Assembly (NCBI GenBank): GCA_965209085.1 | Contig: OZ242376.1 | Span: forward strand, 960,001-1,024,000 | Reading direction: 5' to 3' | DNA: 64,000 bases | Origin: Nitrosopumilaceae archaeon | GTDB lineage: Archaea; Thermoproteota; Nitrososphaeria; Nitrososphaerales; Nitrosopumilaceae | Shown here: piece by piece, positions 41,601-51,973 of the stretch | Position numbering within the stretch: the first letter of the stretch is position 1 | How the letters are laid out: each line of letters opens with the position of its first letter | The notes under the pieces: model-generated | The model's input: the letters and a program-made list of their open reading frames with translations, nothing else | Told to the model about the DNA's origin: nothing | The model's database searches: none | Translations under genes and position numbers: made by a program

Positions 41601-44600
41601 CTGCGACTGTAACAGTAACTGCACTATCTTCAGAGGGGAATGTCACCTTTGATATCACAGCCTTTGATCTTGCAGGAAACACTCTGAGTGCAAATCAGAT
41701 AAATCTAACATCTTCAAACGTCACAATAGACCGCACAAACCCACAGCTGATGAATCTGACCATATACAGCGACAACCATGTCCCATCCTTTGCAACCTTG
41801 AACGATAATCTGACCATAACAATTACCGCCAATGAGGCACTCAAAGCGGCAGACATTGCGGTTCTAGGTACAACCTATACAATGAACATAAACAATGACA
41901 CTGCAAGTGCAAACGTAACGGTAAACTCGACAAATCCTGAAGGAAACGTCACATTTAACATCACAGCCTTTGATCTTGCAGGAAACATTCTGAGTGCAAA
42001 TCACACAAATCTAAACTCTTCAAACGTCACAATAGACCGCACAAACCCACAGCTGATGAATCTGACCATATACAGCGACAACCCTGTCCCATCCTTTGCA
42101 ACCTTGAACGATAATCTGACCATAACAATTACCGCCGATGAGGCACTCAAAGGGGCAAACGTTACGGTTCTAGGTACAACCTATACAATGAACATAAACA
42201 ATGACACTGCAAGTGCAAACGTAACGGTAAACTCGACAAATCCTGAAGGAAACGTCACATTTAACATCACAGCCTTTGATCTTGCAGGAAACACTCTGAG
42301 TGCAAATCAGATAAATCTAACATCTTCAAACGTCACAATAGACCGCACCGCACCAAGTGGTGTAAATCTCATAGTTCACAGCGACAATGCGGACCCGACG
42401 CTTGCAAAGGCAGGCGATGTGATAAACATCACCCTAATGGCAGCAGAACCAATCATGAATGCAGCTTTACAAATATTTGATAATGACAATATAACCATGA
42501 CTGTAACAATTGATACTGCGTCTGCAAACATTCCCGTCCCGCAAAATGCTTCAAACGGACAGATAGTGTTCAACATTACAGCAGAAGATATCTCTGGCAA
42601 TACATTTTCTGTAACACAGGCAAACATCACATCCGGCGAAGTCCGAGTTGATACAATAGATTCGAAACTGACAAACCTGAGCATATCCAGTGACAATTCA
42701 AACTCTACTATTGCAACCATAAACGATACTTTAACCATAACAATTACCGCCGATGAGGCACTCAAAGGGGCAAACGTTACGGTTCTAGGTACAACCTATA
42801 CAATGAACATAAACAATGACACTGCAAGTGCAAACGTAACGGTAAACTCGACAAATCCTGAAGGAAACGTCACATTTAACATCACAGCCTTTGATCTTGC
42901 AGGAAACACTCTGAGTGCAAATCAGATAAATCTAACATCTTCAAACGTCACAATAGACCGCACAAACCCACAGCTGATGAATCTGACCATATACAGCGAC
43001 AACCATGTCCCATCCTTTGCAACCTTGAACGATAATCTGACCATAACAATTACCGCCAATGAGGCACTCAAAGCGGCAGACATTGCGGTTCTAGGTACAA
43101 CCTATACAATGAACATATCTGGCACAACTGCAACTGCGACTGTAACAGTAACTGCACTATCTTCAGAGGGGAATGTCACCTTTGATATCACAGCAGCTGA
43201 TCTTGCAGGAAACACTCTGAGTGCAAATCAGATAAATCTAACATCTTCAAACGTCACAATAGACCGCACAAACCCACAGCTGATGAATCTGACCATATAC
43301 AGCGACAACCATGTCCCATCCTTTGCAACCTTGAACGATAATCTGACCATAACAATTACCGCCAATGAGGCACTCAAAGCGGCAGACATTGCGGTTCTAG
43401 GTACAACCTATACAATGAACATATCTGGCACAACTGCAACTGCGACTGTAACAGTAACTGCACTATCTTCAGAGGGGAATGTCACCTTTGATATCACAGC
43501 AGCTGATCTTGCAGGAAACACTCTGAGTGCAAATCAGATAAATCTAACATCTTCAAACATCACAATAGACCGCACAAACCCACAGCTGATGAATCTGACC
43601 ATATACAGCGACAACCATGTCCCATCCTTTGCAACCTTGAACGATAATCTGACCATAACAATTACCGCCAATGAGGCACTCAAAGCGGCAGACATTGCGG
43701 TTCTAGGTACAACCTATACAATGAACATATCTGGCACAACTGCAACTGCGACTGTAACAGTAACTGCACTATCTTCAGAGGGGAATGTCACCTTTGATAT
43801 CACAGCAGCTGATCTTGCAGGAAACACTCTGAGTGCAAATCAGATAAATCTAACATCTTCAAACGTCACAATAGACCGCACCGCACCAAGTGGTGTAAAT
43901 CTCATAGTTCACAGCGACAATGCGGACCCGACGCTTGCAAAGGCAGGCGATGTGATAAACATCACCCTAATGGCAGCAGAACCAATCATGAATGCAACTT
44001 TACAAATATTTGATAATGACAATATAACCATGACTGTAACAAATGATACTGCGTCTGCAAACATTCCCGTCCCGCAAAATGCTTCAAACGGACAGATAAT
44101 GTTCAACATTACAGCAGAAGATATCTCTGGCAATACATTTTCTGTAACACAGGCAAACATCACATCCGGCGAAGTCCGAGTTGATACAATAGATCCGAAA
44201 CTGACAAACCTGAGCATATCCAGTGACAATTCAAACTCTACTATTGCAACCATAAACGATACTTTAACCATAACAATTACCGCCGATGAGGCACTCAAAG
44301 GGGCAAACGTTACGGTTCTAGGTACAACCTATACAATGAACATAAACAATGACACTGCAAGTGCAAACGTAACGGTAAACTCGACAAATCCTGAAGGAAA
44401 CGTCACATTTAACATCACAGCCTTTGATCTTGCAGGAAACACTCTGAGTGCAAATCAGATAAATCTAACATCTTCAAACGTCACAATAGACCGCACCGCA
44501 CCAAGTGGTGTAAATCTCATAGTTCACAGCGACAATGCGGACCCGACGCTTGCAAAGGCAGGCGATGTGATAAACATCACCCTAATGGCAGCAGAACCAA

Positions 44601-47600
44601 TCATGAATGCAGCTTTACAAATATTTGATAATGACAATATAACCATGACTGTAACAAATGATACTGCGTCTGCAAACATTCCCGTCCCGCAAAATGCTTC
44701 AAACGGACAGATAGTGTTCAACATTACAGCAGAAGATATCTCTGGCAATACATTTTCTGTAACACAGGCAAACATCACATCCGGCGAAGTCCGAGTTGAT
44801 ACAATAGATCCGAAACTGACAAACCTGAGCATATCCAGTGACAATTCAAACTCTACTATTGCAACCATAAACGATACTTTAACCATAACAATTACCGCCG
44901 ATGAGGCACTCAAAGGGGCAAACGTTACGGTTCTAGGTACAACCTATACAATGAACATAAACAATGACACTGCAAGTGCAAACGTAACGGTAAACTCGAC
45001 AAATCCTGAAGGAAACGTCACATTTAACATCACAGCCTTTGATCTTGCAGGAAACACTCTGAGTGCAAATCAGATAAATCTAACATCTTCAAACGTCACA
45101 ATAGACCGCACAAACCCACAGCTGATGAATCTGACCATATACAGCGACAACCATGTCCCATCCTTTGCAACCTTGAACGATAATCTGACCATAACAATTA
45201 CCGCCAATGAGGCACTCAAAGCGGCAGACATTGCGGTTCTAGGTACAACCTATACAATGAACATATCTGGCACAACTGCAACTGCGACTGTAACAGTAAC
45301 TGCACTATCTTCAGAGGGGAATGTCACCTTTGATATCACAGCAGCTGATCTTGCAGGAAACACTCTGAGTGCAAATCAGATAAATCTAACATCTTCAAAC
45401 GTCACAATAGACCGCACCGCACCAAGTGGTGTAAATCTCATAGTTCACAGCGACAATGCGGACCCGACGCTTGCAAAGGCAGGCGATGTGATAAACATCA
45501 CCCTAATGGCAGCAGAACCGATCATGATGGCAACTTTGCAAATATTCGGCAACAACAATACGATCATGAGTGTAACACCTGATACTGCATCATCAAACAT
45601 CCAAGTTCCGCAAAATGCTTCAAACGGACAGATAATGTTCAACATTACAGCAGAAGATAGCTCTGGCAATACATTTTCTGTAACACAGGTAAACATCACA
45701 TCCGGCGAAGTCCGAGTTGATACAATAGATCCGAAACTGACAAACCTGAGCATATCCAGTGACAATTCAAACTCTACTATTGCAACCATAAACGATACTT
45801 TAACCATAACAATTACCGCCGATGAGGCACTCAAAGGGGCAAACGTTACGGTTCTAGGTACAACCTATACAATGAACATAAACAATGACACTGCAAGTGC
45901 AAACGTAACGGTAAACTCGACAAATCCTGAAGGAAACGTCACATTTAACATCACAGCCTTTGATCTTGCAGGAAACACTCTGAGTGCAAATCAGATAAAT
46001 CTAACATCTTCAAACGTCACAATAGACCGCACAAACCCACAGCTGATGAATCTGACCATATACAGCGACAACCATGTCCCATCCTTTGCAACCTTGAACG
46101 ATAATCTGACCATAACAATTACCGCCAATGAGGCACTCAAAGCGGCAGACATTGCGGTTCTAGGTACAACCTATACAATGAACATATCTGGCACAACTGC
46201 AACTGCGACTGTAACAGTAACTGCACTATCTTCAGAGGGGAATGTCACCTTTGATATCACAGCAGCTGATCTTGCAGGAAACACTCTGAGTGCAAATCAG
46301 ATAAATCTAACATCTTCAAACGTCACAATAGACCGCACCGCACCAAGTGGTGTAAATCTCATAGTTCACAGCGACAATGCGGACCCGACGCTTGCAAAGG
46401 CAGGCGATGTGATAAACATCACCCTAATGGCAGCAGAACCGATCATGATGGCAACTTTGCAAATATTCGGCAACAACAATACGATCATGAGTGTAACACC
46501 TGATACTGCATCATCAAACATCCAAGTTCCGCAAAATGCTTCAAACGGACAGATAATGTTCAACATTACAGCAGAAGATAGCTCTGGCAATACATTTTCT
46601 GTAACACAGGTAAACATCACATCCGGCGAAGTCCGAGTTGATACAATAGATCCGAAACTGACAAACCTGAGCATATCCAGTGACAATTCAAACTCTACTA
46701 TTGCAACCATAAACGATACTTTAACCATAACAATTACCGCCGATGAGGCACTCAAAGGGGCAAACGTTACGGTTCTAGGTGAATTATATACAATGGCCAT
46801 ATCTGGCACAACTGCAACTGCGACTGTAACAGTAACTGCACAATCTTTGCAAGTGAATGTCACCTTTGATATCACAGCAGCTGATCTTGCAGGAAACACT
46901 CTGAGTGCAAATCAGATAAATCTAACATCTTCAAACGTCACAATAGACCGCACAAACCCACAGCTGATGAATCTGACCATATACAGCGACAACCCTGTCC
47001 CATCCTTTGCAACCTTGAACGATAATCTGACCATAACAATTACCGCCAATGAGGCACTCAAAGGGGCAAACGTTACGGTTCTAGGTACAACCTATACAAT
47101 GAACATAAACAATGACACTGCAAGTGCAAACGTAACGGTAAACTCGACAAATCCTGAAGGAAACGTCACATTTAACATCACAGCCTTTGATCTTGCAGGA
47201 AACACTCTGAGTGCAAATCAGATAAATCTAACATCTTCAAACGTCACAATAGACCGCACCGCACCAAGTGGTGTAAATCTCATAGTTCACAGCGACAATG
47301 CGGACCCGACGCTTGCAAAGGCAGGCGATGTGATAAACATCACCCTAATGGCAGCAGAACCGATCATGATGGCAACTTTGCAAATATTCGGCAACAACAA
47401 TACGATCATGAGTGTAACACCTGATACTGCATCATCAAACATCCAAGTTCCGCAAAATGCTTCAAACGGACAGATAATGTTCAACATTACAGCAGAAGAT
47501 AGCTCTGGCAATACATTTTCTGTAACACAGGTAAACATCACATCCGGCGAAGTCCGAGTTGATACAATAGATCCGAAACTGACAAACCTGAGCATATCCA

Positions 47601-50600
47601 GTGACAATTCAAACTCTACTATTGCAACCATAAACGATACTTTAACCATAACAATTACCGCCGATGAGGCACTCAAAGGGGCAAACGTTACGGTTCTAGG
47701 TGAATTATATACAATGGCCATATCTGGCACAACTGCAACTGCGACTGTAACAGTAACTGCACAATCTTTGCAAGTGAATGTCACCTTTGATATCACAGCA
47801 GCTGATCTTGCAGGAAACACTCTGAGTGCAAATCAGATAAATCTAACATCTTCAAACGTCACAATAGACCGCACAAACCCACAGCTGATGAATCTGACCA
47901 TATACAGCGACAACCCTGTCCCATCCTTTGCAACCTTGAACGATAATCTGACCATAACAATTACCGCCAATGAGGCACTCAAAGCGGCAGACATTGCGGT
48001 TCTAGGTACAACCTATACAATGAACATATCTGGCACAACTGCAACTGCGACTGTAACAGTAACTGCACTATCTTCAGAGGGGAATGTCACCTTTGATATC
48101 ACAGCAGCTGATCTTGCAGGAAACACTCTGAGTGCAAATCAGATAAATCTAACATCTTCAAACGTCACAATAGACCGCACCGCACCAAGTGGTGTAAATC
48201 TCATAGTTCACAGCGACAATGCGGACCCGACGCTTGCAAAGGCAGGCGATGTGATAAACATCACCCTAATGGCAGCAGAACCGATCATGATGGCAACTTT
48301 GCAAATATTCGGCAACAACAATACGATCATGAGTGTAACACCTGATACTGCATCATCAAACATCCAAGTTCCGCAAAATGCTTCAAACGGACAGATAATG
48401 TTCAACATTACAGCAGAAGATAGCTCTGGCAATACATTTTCTGTAACACAGGTAAACATCACATCCGGCGAAGTCCGAGTTGATACAATAGATCCGAAAC
48501 TGACAAACCTGAGCATATCCAGTGACAATTCAAACTCTACTATTGCAACCATAAACGATACTTTAACCATAACAATTACCGCCGATGAGGCACTCAAAGG
48601 GGCAAACGTTACGGTTCTAGGTGAATTATATACAATGGCCATATCTGGCACAACTGCAACTGCGACTGTAACAGTAACTGCACAATCTTTGCAAGGGAAT
48701 GTCACCTTTGATATCACAGCAGCTGATCTTGCAGGAAACACTCTGAGTGCAAATCAGATAAATCTAACATCTTCAAACGTCACAATAGACCGCACAAACC
48801 CACAGCTGATGAATCTGACCATATACAGCGACAACCCTGTCCCATCCTTTGCAACCTTGAACGATAATCTGACCATAACAATTACCGCCAATGAGGCACT
48901 CAAAGCGGCAGACATTGCGGTTCTAGGTGAATTATATACAATGGCCATATCTGGCACAACTGCAACTGCGACTGTAACAGTAACTGCACTATCTTCAGAG
49001 GGGAATGTCACCTTTGATATCACAGCAGCTGATCTTGCAGGAAACACTCTGAGTGCAAATCAGATAAATCTAACATCTTCAAACGTCACAATAGACCGCA
49101 CAAACCCACAGCTGATGAATCTGACCATATCCAGCGACAATTCAAACTCTACTCTTGCAACCATAAACGATATTCTAACCATAACAATTACCGCCGATGA
49201 GACACTCAAAGGGGCAAACGTTACGGTTCTAGGTGAAACTTATACAATGAACGTATCGGGTACAACTGCAAGTGCAAACGTAACGGTAAACGGTCAAGAC
49301 CTAGAAGGACAGGTCAACTTTACCATCACCGCCTTTGATCTTGCAGGAAACAGCCTGATGACAAACCAGACACAGCTAAACTCTTCAAACGTCACAGTGC
49401 TGTCAAAATCGCTGGGTCAGAATTCGCTGACAATCGCATCCAACAATTCAAACTCCTCTTTTGCCAAAGACGGGGATGTGATTACCGTATCGCTTGTTGC
49501 AAACAACACGATTGGTTATATTGTAGGAACAATTGCAGGCAATTCTGCTGCATATACTGTCACCGGCAATAATGCATCAGCTACAGTAACAGTTGATGGA
49601 ACCTTTGCCGATACTGCCAGCGTCATATTTTCGATTAACGCGTCCAACGTGGATAATTCCACATTTAGAATATTTACAAATGCAAATCTGACTGGATCAA
49701 ATATTGCCATAGATACAACTGCACCTAGTATAACATTAAACGGTATAAACAACACTCGCGTTGCAACAAATTCCTCCTATACGGATCCAGGTGCCACAGC
49801 ATCTGATACATCATATGCAACAGGTAGCGTACAAGTATCCGGAGCCGGCACTGTAACTATTACAACAGCTGGCAACTATACCCTCACTTATACTGCTCCA
49901 AATGATCCTGCAAGTAATATTGGACCTTCCATAACACGGACTGTTACAGTACAGGATGCACCGCCAATTAATATTAACACATTAACCCTTACATCTTCCA
50001 ACCAAAACACCCAATACGCAAAAGCTGGCGATACGCTGACTCTAATGTTGGTGATAAACGATACCATTACAAGCAATACTGTACAAATTCAAAACGGTCC
50101 ACCCACTACTAATTCTTCGTCAGGTAGTACCCTCACAGCAACTCGTATAATTCCAAATAGTACAATCGAATCAAACGCTACATTTACCATTACTGTTACA
50201 AACATCAACGGAACAACCCTGACTGTTACAGAAGATGATCTAACCGGTTCCAACGTATTTGTCGATACCATACCTCCAAACATAATCCTGATAGGATCTG
50301 CAAACAGTGGCATAGTTTTAGACAGCACATATACAGATCAAGGTGCCAATGCAAGAGACGGTGATCCAAACTATTCGGGCAATTACACCGCCCAAGTAAA
50401 CCCCCCACTTAATACCAGCATACTTGGCGCTGTTTTTGTTTACACGTATACAGCAAATGCAGATAATGCAGGAAATCCCGGTTTTAGTGTAAATAGAACT
50501 GTCACAGTGTCAAATACTAGATCTAGTTCTAGTGAGTCAAATGCGGCACCGACATTGGGTAAGACAAGCTCTGGGGCACAGCTTGTCACAAACGGTTTTG

Positions 50601-51517
50601 AATACAACGGTTTAGCAATAAACGTGAGCAGATATCATACAGAATTCCCGCTGATTGGAACAAACGTGGGCGATATGAACACGATAAAAATGAAAATATA
50701 CGACAGTGCCGGACCTGCAGGCATTAAACGCGTAGAGCTTGCACTGGGAGTACCTGATGTTGGATTATATCATGAGGCTGAAGCATTTGTAGAAGTATGG
50801 ATGCAAAAGGACAGTATTGCAGTAAAAGAGATCGTTATAGTGGATAAACTAAATCTGCTTGAAGACTCTGCTGTATCATCTACTGTATCACAAATCTCAT
50901 GCACAGGTGATGTACAACAGTGCCTGCTAGTAGAGATGAAATATTCATACAGAGAGCCTCCCATATACAATACAGTATCGGTAAAACCAGTAGACTGGGA
51001 TAATAATGCACACCAGTTTTACTTTAACGATGGAATACACGTTGATGGTGATTCCATAAACTTGCCAAAGGAGATTGATATTAGCACATCCCATGCTACA
51101 GGCATATCTAATACGGATGAAACACTGCATTTGGTGCAAATCAACAGGGCAGAGCACCTCTGGGTAGACCAATACGGCTACCAATGGATAATCATCGGAA
51201 ATACTGTTCGTCAAATTACGATACCGGAATATTTGGTACCTGATGATAACACATACGGAACACTGCACGGTCCTGACCGCAACCATCCAGACTTTGCATC
51301 AATCATATATGCTGAGCAGAAAAGAGCCCAGGAAACACTTGCGGGAATATTGGGGCATGCCACAATTATAAAACCACTGCCCGAGAATGGCGGAACGATA
51401 TACTTTGATGCAACAGAGCCAAGTTCCAGGGACAGTGATTCATTCAAACTCTTGTTAGAGCTGGAAGCTGAACGCATGTATCAAATTTCAAATCTCCTAT
51501 ACCCAGATGATACGTAA
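35660..51517 (+). CDS. Giant secreted surface glycoprotein/adhesin (5285 aa)
   Basis: Signal peptide, LVIVD-like propeller repeats, DUF5011-like Ig domains (P.ITL.G…Y.DPGATA.D…Y), 32 tandem ~102-aa modules, very dense N-x-S/T sequons, and a C-terminal domain shared with the paralog. Confidence 0.9.
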   Translation: MVTKVNILKLQHGNIVLIFALVLLSPLPFVSPFSYNHQPAQAMIFDNPQIPKNFMVIPTASSIKLIDVELIHDVSSGGEVSGNIFNLRIATRVDAIDIKESVFVMAASNSEGFQFLNVTDPNNESIASNSISTFYRVSRNNIIANDFSAGAVDISPVKIGDFTYALLVVNSGTQGGSTGYAIPSGDIIQIRNITDLSPIIGPAYVSEFRPAKNVSFVTTVKIDGSVYALSTSVINHSVHMTNITNVSDPSVLFNVDNNTAGYETLYGALGIATVQINGAYYALVTSFYDSGVTIINITDPTNASRVSSIVDETKLDKSYDITTVKINNSYYALVTSSNTNSLTIINITNPASPNFINTITLSTEYQILEGARGVSAVQINDTYYAMVTANMGVQIINITTPSSPTPVSGIKNDVVEYTALSHSTDIVTIQIGELNYTFVTSFLDNAIQVIKHGFILDPDTYPIVVTSNNTDPWYAKAGDNITVQVKVNNTFTTHNASILNATLQTHVENSSYMLNASVLVPNYAIGEYAAFNITVANGIHTLTITEDDLRYVRNVFVDTVRPGITLIDDANYIVYTNTNPTIPGASATDNDPGYSNGYSVSSSGQLNTSMVGSVVTYTYTANSDTAGNRGESVTRNVTVASGPPIDLVNLSIYSEVNYDGSNVVYVNESKRVSIFENTDSVIIDGAMIWGVGGNNTNNDNNLNFTLRPNQQTIIFYFYMPPNTNGNITFSTSVTSNFGSTLVVTQDNITDGRFVIADTISPVITLIGNSTVTINAGENYTDMGASINDTNLIPNPIISSNASDVNTTIPGTYIIEYSASADLAGNKPSNVTRELTVNANPIEITLLKIASSSNNNFARAGQNVTVVLETDGSDLVNAVGTVLGSAFTNVTAGGSGNFTVTVLSGDTNGNATFSITVENSSLNIILITEENITDGSFVTIDTIKPIIVLTGGAGSVLQDETYQDPGTTISDSNNASYAGSVSNTSLNTAILGPQNITYTGTADAAGNVPDSINRTITVLAKPLGLNSLTIESNNNVNTSFAKDGDVITVTLATNGTIGNVTGVIAGNSATYTATGDSASVMVTVDGTFTDTASVTFSINASNADNLAYKIFTDTNLTGSNIAIDTIPPSITLNGANNTIVIMNQPYEDPNATASDASYATGSVQVSGAGNVDITTNAIYTLTYTAPNDPAGNIGSVITRTVTVQDAPPINVNSLSIASNSGNNYANAGKTVTVTLVTDGSDLGNITGTLLGRALINDTNGGSSVFTATVVSGDNGNATFSITMTNSSGNRISVTNANITDSSSVTIDTADPQLQNLTISSDNSNSTIATINDALTITITADEALKGANVTVLGTTYTMNINNDTASANVTVNSTNPEGNVTFNITAFDLAGNTLSANHTNLNSSNVTIDRTNPQLMNLTIYSDNHVPSFATLNDNLTITITANEALKAADIAVLGTTYTMNISGTTATATVTVTALSSEGNVTFDITAADLAGNTLSANQINLTSSNVTIDRTAPSGVNLIVHSDNADPTLAKAGDVINITLMAAEPIMNATLQIFDNDNITMTVTNDTASANIPVPQNASNGQIMFNITAEDISGNTFSVTQANITSGEVRVDTIDPKLTNLSISSDNSNSTIATINDTLTITITADEALKGANVTVLGELYTMAISGTTATATVTVTALSSEGNVTFDITAFDLAGNTLSANQINLTSSNVTIDRTNPQLMNLTIYSDNHVPSFATLNDNLTITITANEALKAADIAVLGTTYTMNISGTTATATVTVTALSSEGNVTFDITAADLAGNTLSANQINLTSSNVTIDRTAPSGVNLIVHSDNADPTLAKAGDVINITLMAAEPIMMATLQIFDNDNITMTVTNDTASANIPVPQNASNGQIMFNITAEDISGNTFSVTQANITSGEVRVDTIDPKLTNLSISSDNSNSTIATINDTLTITITADEALKGANVTVLGELYTMAISGTTATATATVTVTALSSEGNVTFDITAFDLAGNTLSANQINLTSSNVTIDRTNPQLMNLTIYSDNHVPSFATLNDNLTITITANEALKAADIAVLGTTYTMNINNDTASANVTVNSTNPEGNVTFNITAFDLAGNILSANHTNLNSSNVTIDRTNPQLMNLTIYSDNPVPSFATLNDNLTITITADEALKGANVTVLGTTYTMNINNDTASANVTVNSTNPEGNVTFNITAFDLAGNTLSANQINLTSSNVTIDRTAPSGVNLIVHSDNADPTLAKAGDVINITLMAAEPIMNAALQIFDNDNITMTVTIDTASANIPVPQNASNGQIVFNITAEDISGNTFSVTQANITSGEVRVDTIDSKLTNLSISSDNSNSTIATINDTLTITITADEALKGANVTVLGTTYTMNINNDTASANVTVNSTNPEGNVTFNITAFDLAGNTLSANQINLTSSNVTIDRTNPQLMNLTIYSDNHVPSFATLNDNLTITITANEALKAADIAVLGTTYTMNISGTTATATVTVTALSSEGNVTFDITAADLAGNTLSANQINLTSSNVTIDRTNPQLMNLTIYSDNHVPSFATLNDNLTITITANEALKAADIAVLGTTYTMNISGTTATATVTVTALSSEGNVTFDITAADLAGNTLSANQINLTSSNITIDRTNPQLMNLTIYSDNHVPSFATLNDNLTITITANEALKAADIAVLGTTYTMNISGTTATATVTVTALSSEGNVTFDITAADLAGNTLSANQINLTSSNVTIDRTAPSGVNLIVHSDNADPTLAKAGDVINITLMAAEPIMNATLQIFDNDNITMTVTNDTASANIPVPQNASNGQIMFNITAEDISGNTFSVTQANITSGEVRVDTIDPKLTNLSISSDNSNSTIATINDTLTITITADEALKGANVTVLGTTYTMNINNDTASANVTVNSTNPEGNVTFNITAFDLAGNTLSANQINLTSSNVTIDRTAPSGVNLIVHSDNADPTLAKAGDVINITLMAAEPIMNAALQIFDNDNITMTVTNDTASANIPVPQNASNGQIVFNITAEDISGNTFSVTQANITSGEVRVDTIDPKLTNLSISSDNSNSTIATINDTLTITITADEALKGANVTVLGTTYTMNINNDTASANVTVNSTNPEGNVTFNITAFDLAGNTLSANQINLTSSNVTIDRTNPQLMNLTIYSDNHVPSFATLNDNLTITITANEALKAADIAVLGTTYTMNISGTTATATVTVTALSSEGNVTFDITAADLAGNTLSANQINLTSSNVTIDRTAPSGVNLIVHSDNADPTLAKAGDVINITLMAAEPIMMATLQIFGNNNTIMSVTPDTASSNIQVPQNASNGQIMFNITAEDSSGNTFSVTQVNITSGEVRVDTIDPKLTNLSISSDNSNSTIATINDTLTITITADEALKGANVTVLGTTYTMNINNDTASANVTVNSTNPEGNVTFNITAFDLAGNTLSANQINLTSSNVTIDRTNPQLMNLTIYSDNHVPSFATLNDNLTITITANEALKAADIAVLGTTYTMNISGTTATATVTVTALSSEGNVTFDITAADLAGNTLSANQINLTSSNVTIDRTAPSGVNLIVHSDNADPTLAKAGDVINITLMAAEPIMMATLQIFGNNNTIMSVTPDTASSNIQVPQNASNGQIMFNITAEDSSGNTFSVTQVNITSGEVRVDTIDPKLTNLSISSDNSNSTIATINDTLTITITADEALKGANVTVLGELYTMAISGTTATATVTVTAQSLQVNVTFDITAADLAGNTLSANQINLTSSNVTIDRTNPQLMNLTIYSDNPVPSFATLNDNLTITITANEALKGANVTVLGTTYTMNINNDTASANVTVNSTNPEGNVTFNITAFDLAGNTLSANQINLTSSNVTIDRTAPSGVNLIVHSDNADPTLAKAGDVINITLMAAEPIMMATLQIFGNNNTIMSVTPDTASSNIQVPQNASNGQIMFNITAEDSSGNTFSVTQVNITSGEVRVDTIDPKLTNLSISSDNSNSTIATINDTLTITITADEALKGANVTVLGELYTMAISGTTATATVTVTAQSLQVNVTFDITAADLAGNTLSANQINLTSSNVTIDRTNPQLMNLTIYSDNPVPSFATLNDNLTITITANEALKAADIAVLGTTYTMNISGTTATATVTVTALSSEGNVTFDITAADLAGNTLSANQINLTSSNVTIDRTAPSGVNLIVHSDNADPTLAKAGDVINITLMAAEPIMMATLQIFGNNNTIMSVTPDTASSNIQVPQNASNGQIMFNITAEDSSGNTFSVTQVNITSGEVRVDTIDPKLTNLSISSDNSNSTIATINDTLTITITADEALKGANVTVLGELYTMAISGTTATATVTVTAQSLQGNVTFDITAADLAGNTLSANQINLTSSNVTIDRTNPQLMNLTIYSDNPVPSFATLNDNLTITITANEALKAADIAVLGELYTMAISGTTATATVTVTALSSEGNVTFDITAADLAGNTLSANQINLTSSNVTIDRTNPQLMNLTISSDNSNSTLATINDILTITITADETLKGANVTVLGETYTMNVSGTTASANVTVNGQDLEGQVNFTITAFDLAGNSLMTNQTQLNSSNVTVLSKSLGQNSLTIASNNSNSSFAKDGDVITVSLVANNTIGYIVGTIAGNSAAYTVTGNNASATVTVDGTFADTASVIFSINASNVDNSTFRIFTNANLTGSNIAIDTTAPSITLNGINNTRVATNSSYTDPGATASDTSYATGSVQVSGAGTVTITTAGNYTLTYTAPNDPASNIGPSITRTVTVQDAPPININTLTLTSSNQNTQYAKAGDTLTLMLVINDTITSNTVQIQNGPPTTNSSSGSTLTATRIIPNSTIESNATFTITVTNINGTTLTVTEDDLTGSNVFVDTIPPNIILIGSANSGIVLDSTYTDQGANARDGDPNYSGNYTAQVNPPLNTSILGAVFVYTYTANADNAGNPGFSVNRTVTVSNTRSSSSESNAAPTLGKTSSGAQLVTNGFEYNGLAINVSRYHTEFPLIGTNVGDMNTIKMKIYDSAGPAGIKRVELALGVPDVGLYHEAEAFVEVWMQKDSIAVKEIVIVDKLNLLEDSAVSSTVSQISCTGDVQQCLLVEMKYSYREPPIYNTVSVKPVDWDNNAHQFYFNDGIHVDGDSINLPKEIDISTSHATGISNTDETLHLVQINRAEHLWVDQYGYQWIIIGNTVRQITIPEYLVPDDNTYGTLHGPDRNHPDFASIIYAEQKRAQETLAGILGHATIIKPLPENGGTIYFDATEPSSRDSDSFKLLLELEAERMYQISNLLYPDDT
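39570..49400 (+). repeat. Array of 32 near-identical 306/309-bp modules of three types
   Basis: Type-C module spacings of 921, 1233, 1533, 615, 921, 921, 921 and 921 bp, read from the antisense ORF ends. Confidence 0.92.
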
Positions 51518-51620
51518 GAGAATATCGTGCCTCTAAAATGTATCCCAGTAATTACAGAATGTAAAATTTACCAATTTACATATATGATGTGTAAAATATG
51601 CGTTAAAACCAGTCTAATTT

Positions 51621-51703
51621 CGTATGAAGTCAGCACTTCGTGCTATTTTATGCATACATCTTCATTTATTGCATAAATTCTAGGCATGACATAACATCAT
51701 ACC
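51621..51703. mobile_element. ~85-bp MITE-like element, copy A
   Basis: Near-identical to the reverse complement of 53982-54066. Confidence 0.65.
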
Positions 51704-51869
51704 TAATTTCTATCATACATGCCAATTTAGAAATTAATTCTCAAGTTTGTATTATATTTGTAATTTACACTAGAAACTAAGATCTAGATACAAAATAAGA
51801 CCATGTAGAGGGGTTTATGCGGCAAATTTCCAGTAAGGATTAAATCAATACTATTTGTGGCATAATTGC

Positions 51870-51943
51870 GCCGTCCTAGCTCAGCGTGGTAGAGCGTCGG
51901 ACTGTTAATCCGTTGGTCGCCAGTTCAAGTCTGGTGGACGGCG
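51870..51943 (+). tRNA. tRNA-Asn(GTT)
   Basis: Acceptor stem gccgtcc/ggacggc, anticodon arm cgga-ctGTTaa-tccg, T-loop gttcaag; CCA not encoded. Confidence 0.96.
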
Positions 51944-51973
51944 CCTTTTATAATTCGCGACATTTTAATCAGC

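Noticed and set aside
40222-49047. Repeated minus-strand ORFs of 97-179 aa
   Set aside because: They are antisense shadows of the giant gene's repeat modules.
51870-51943. tRNA-Asn as the attachment site of an integrated island
   Set aside because: No integrase and no duplicated tRNA 3' end were seen in the window.
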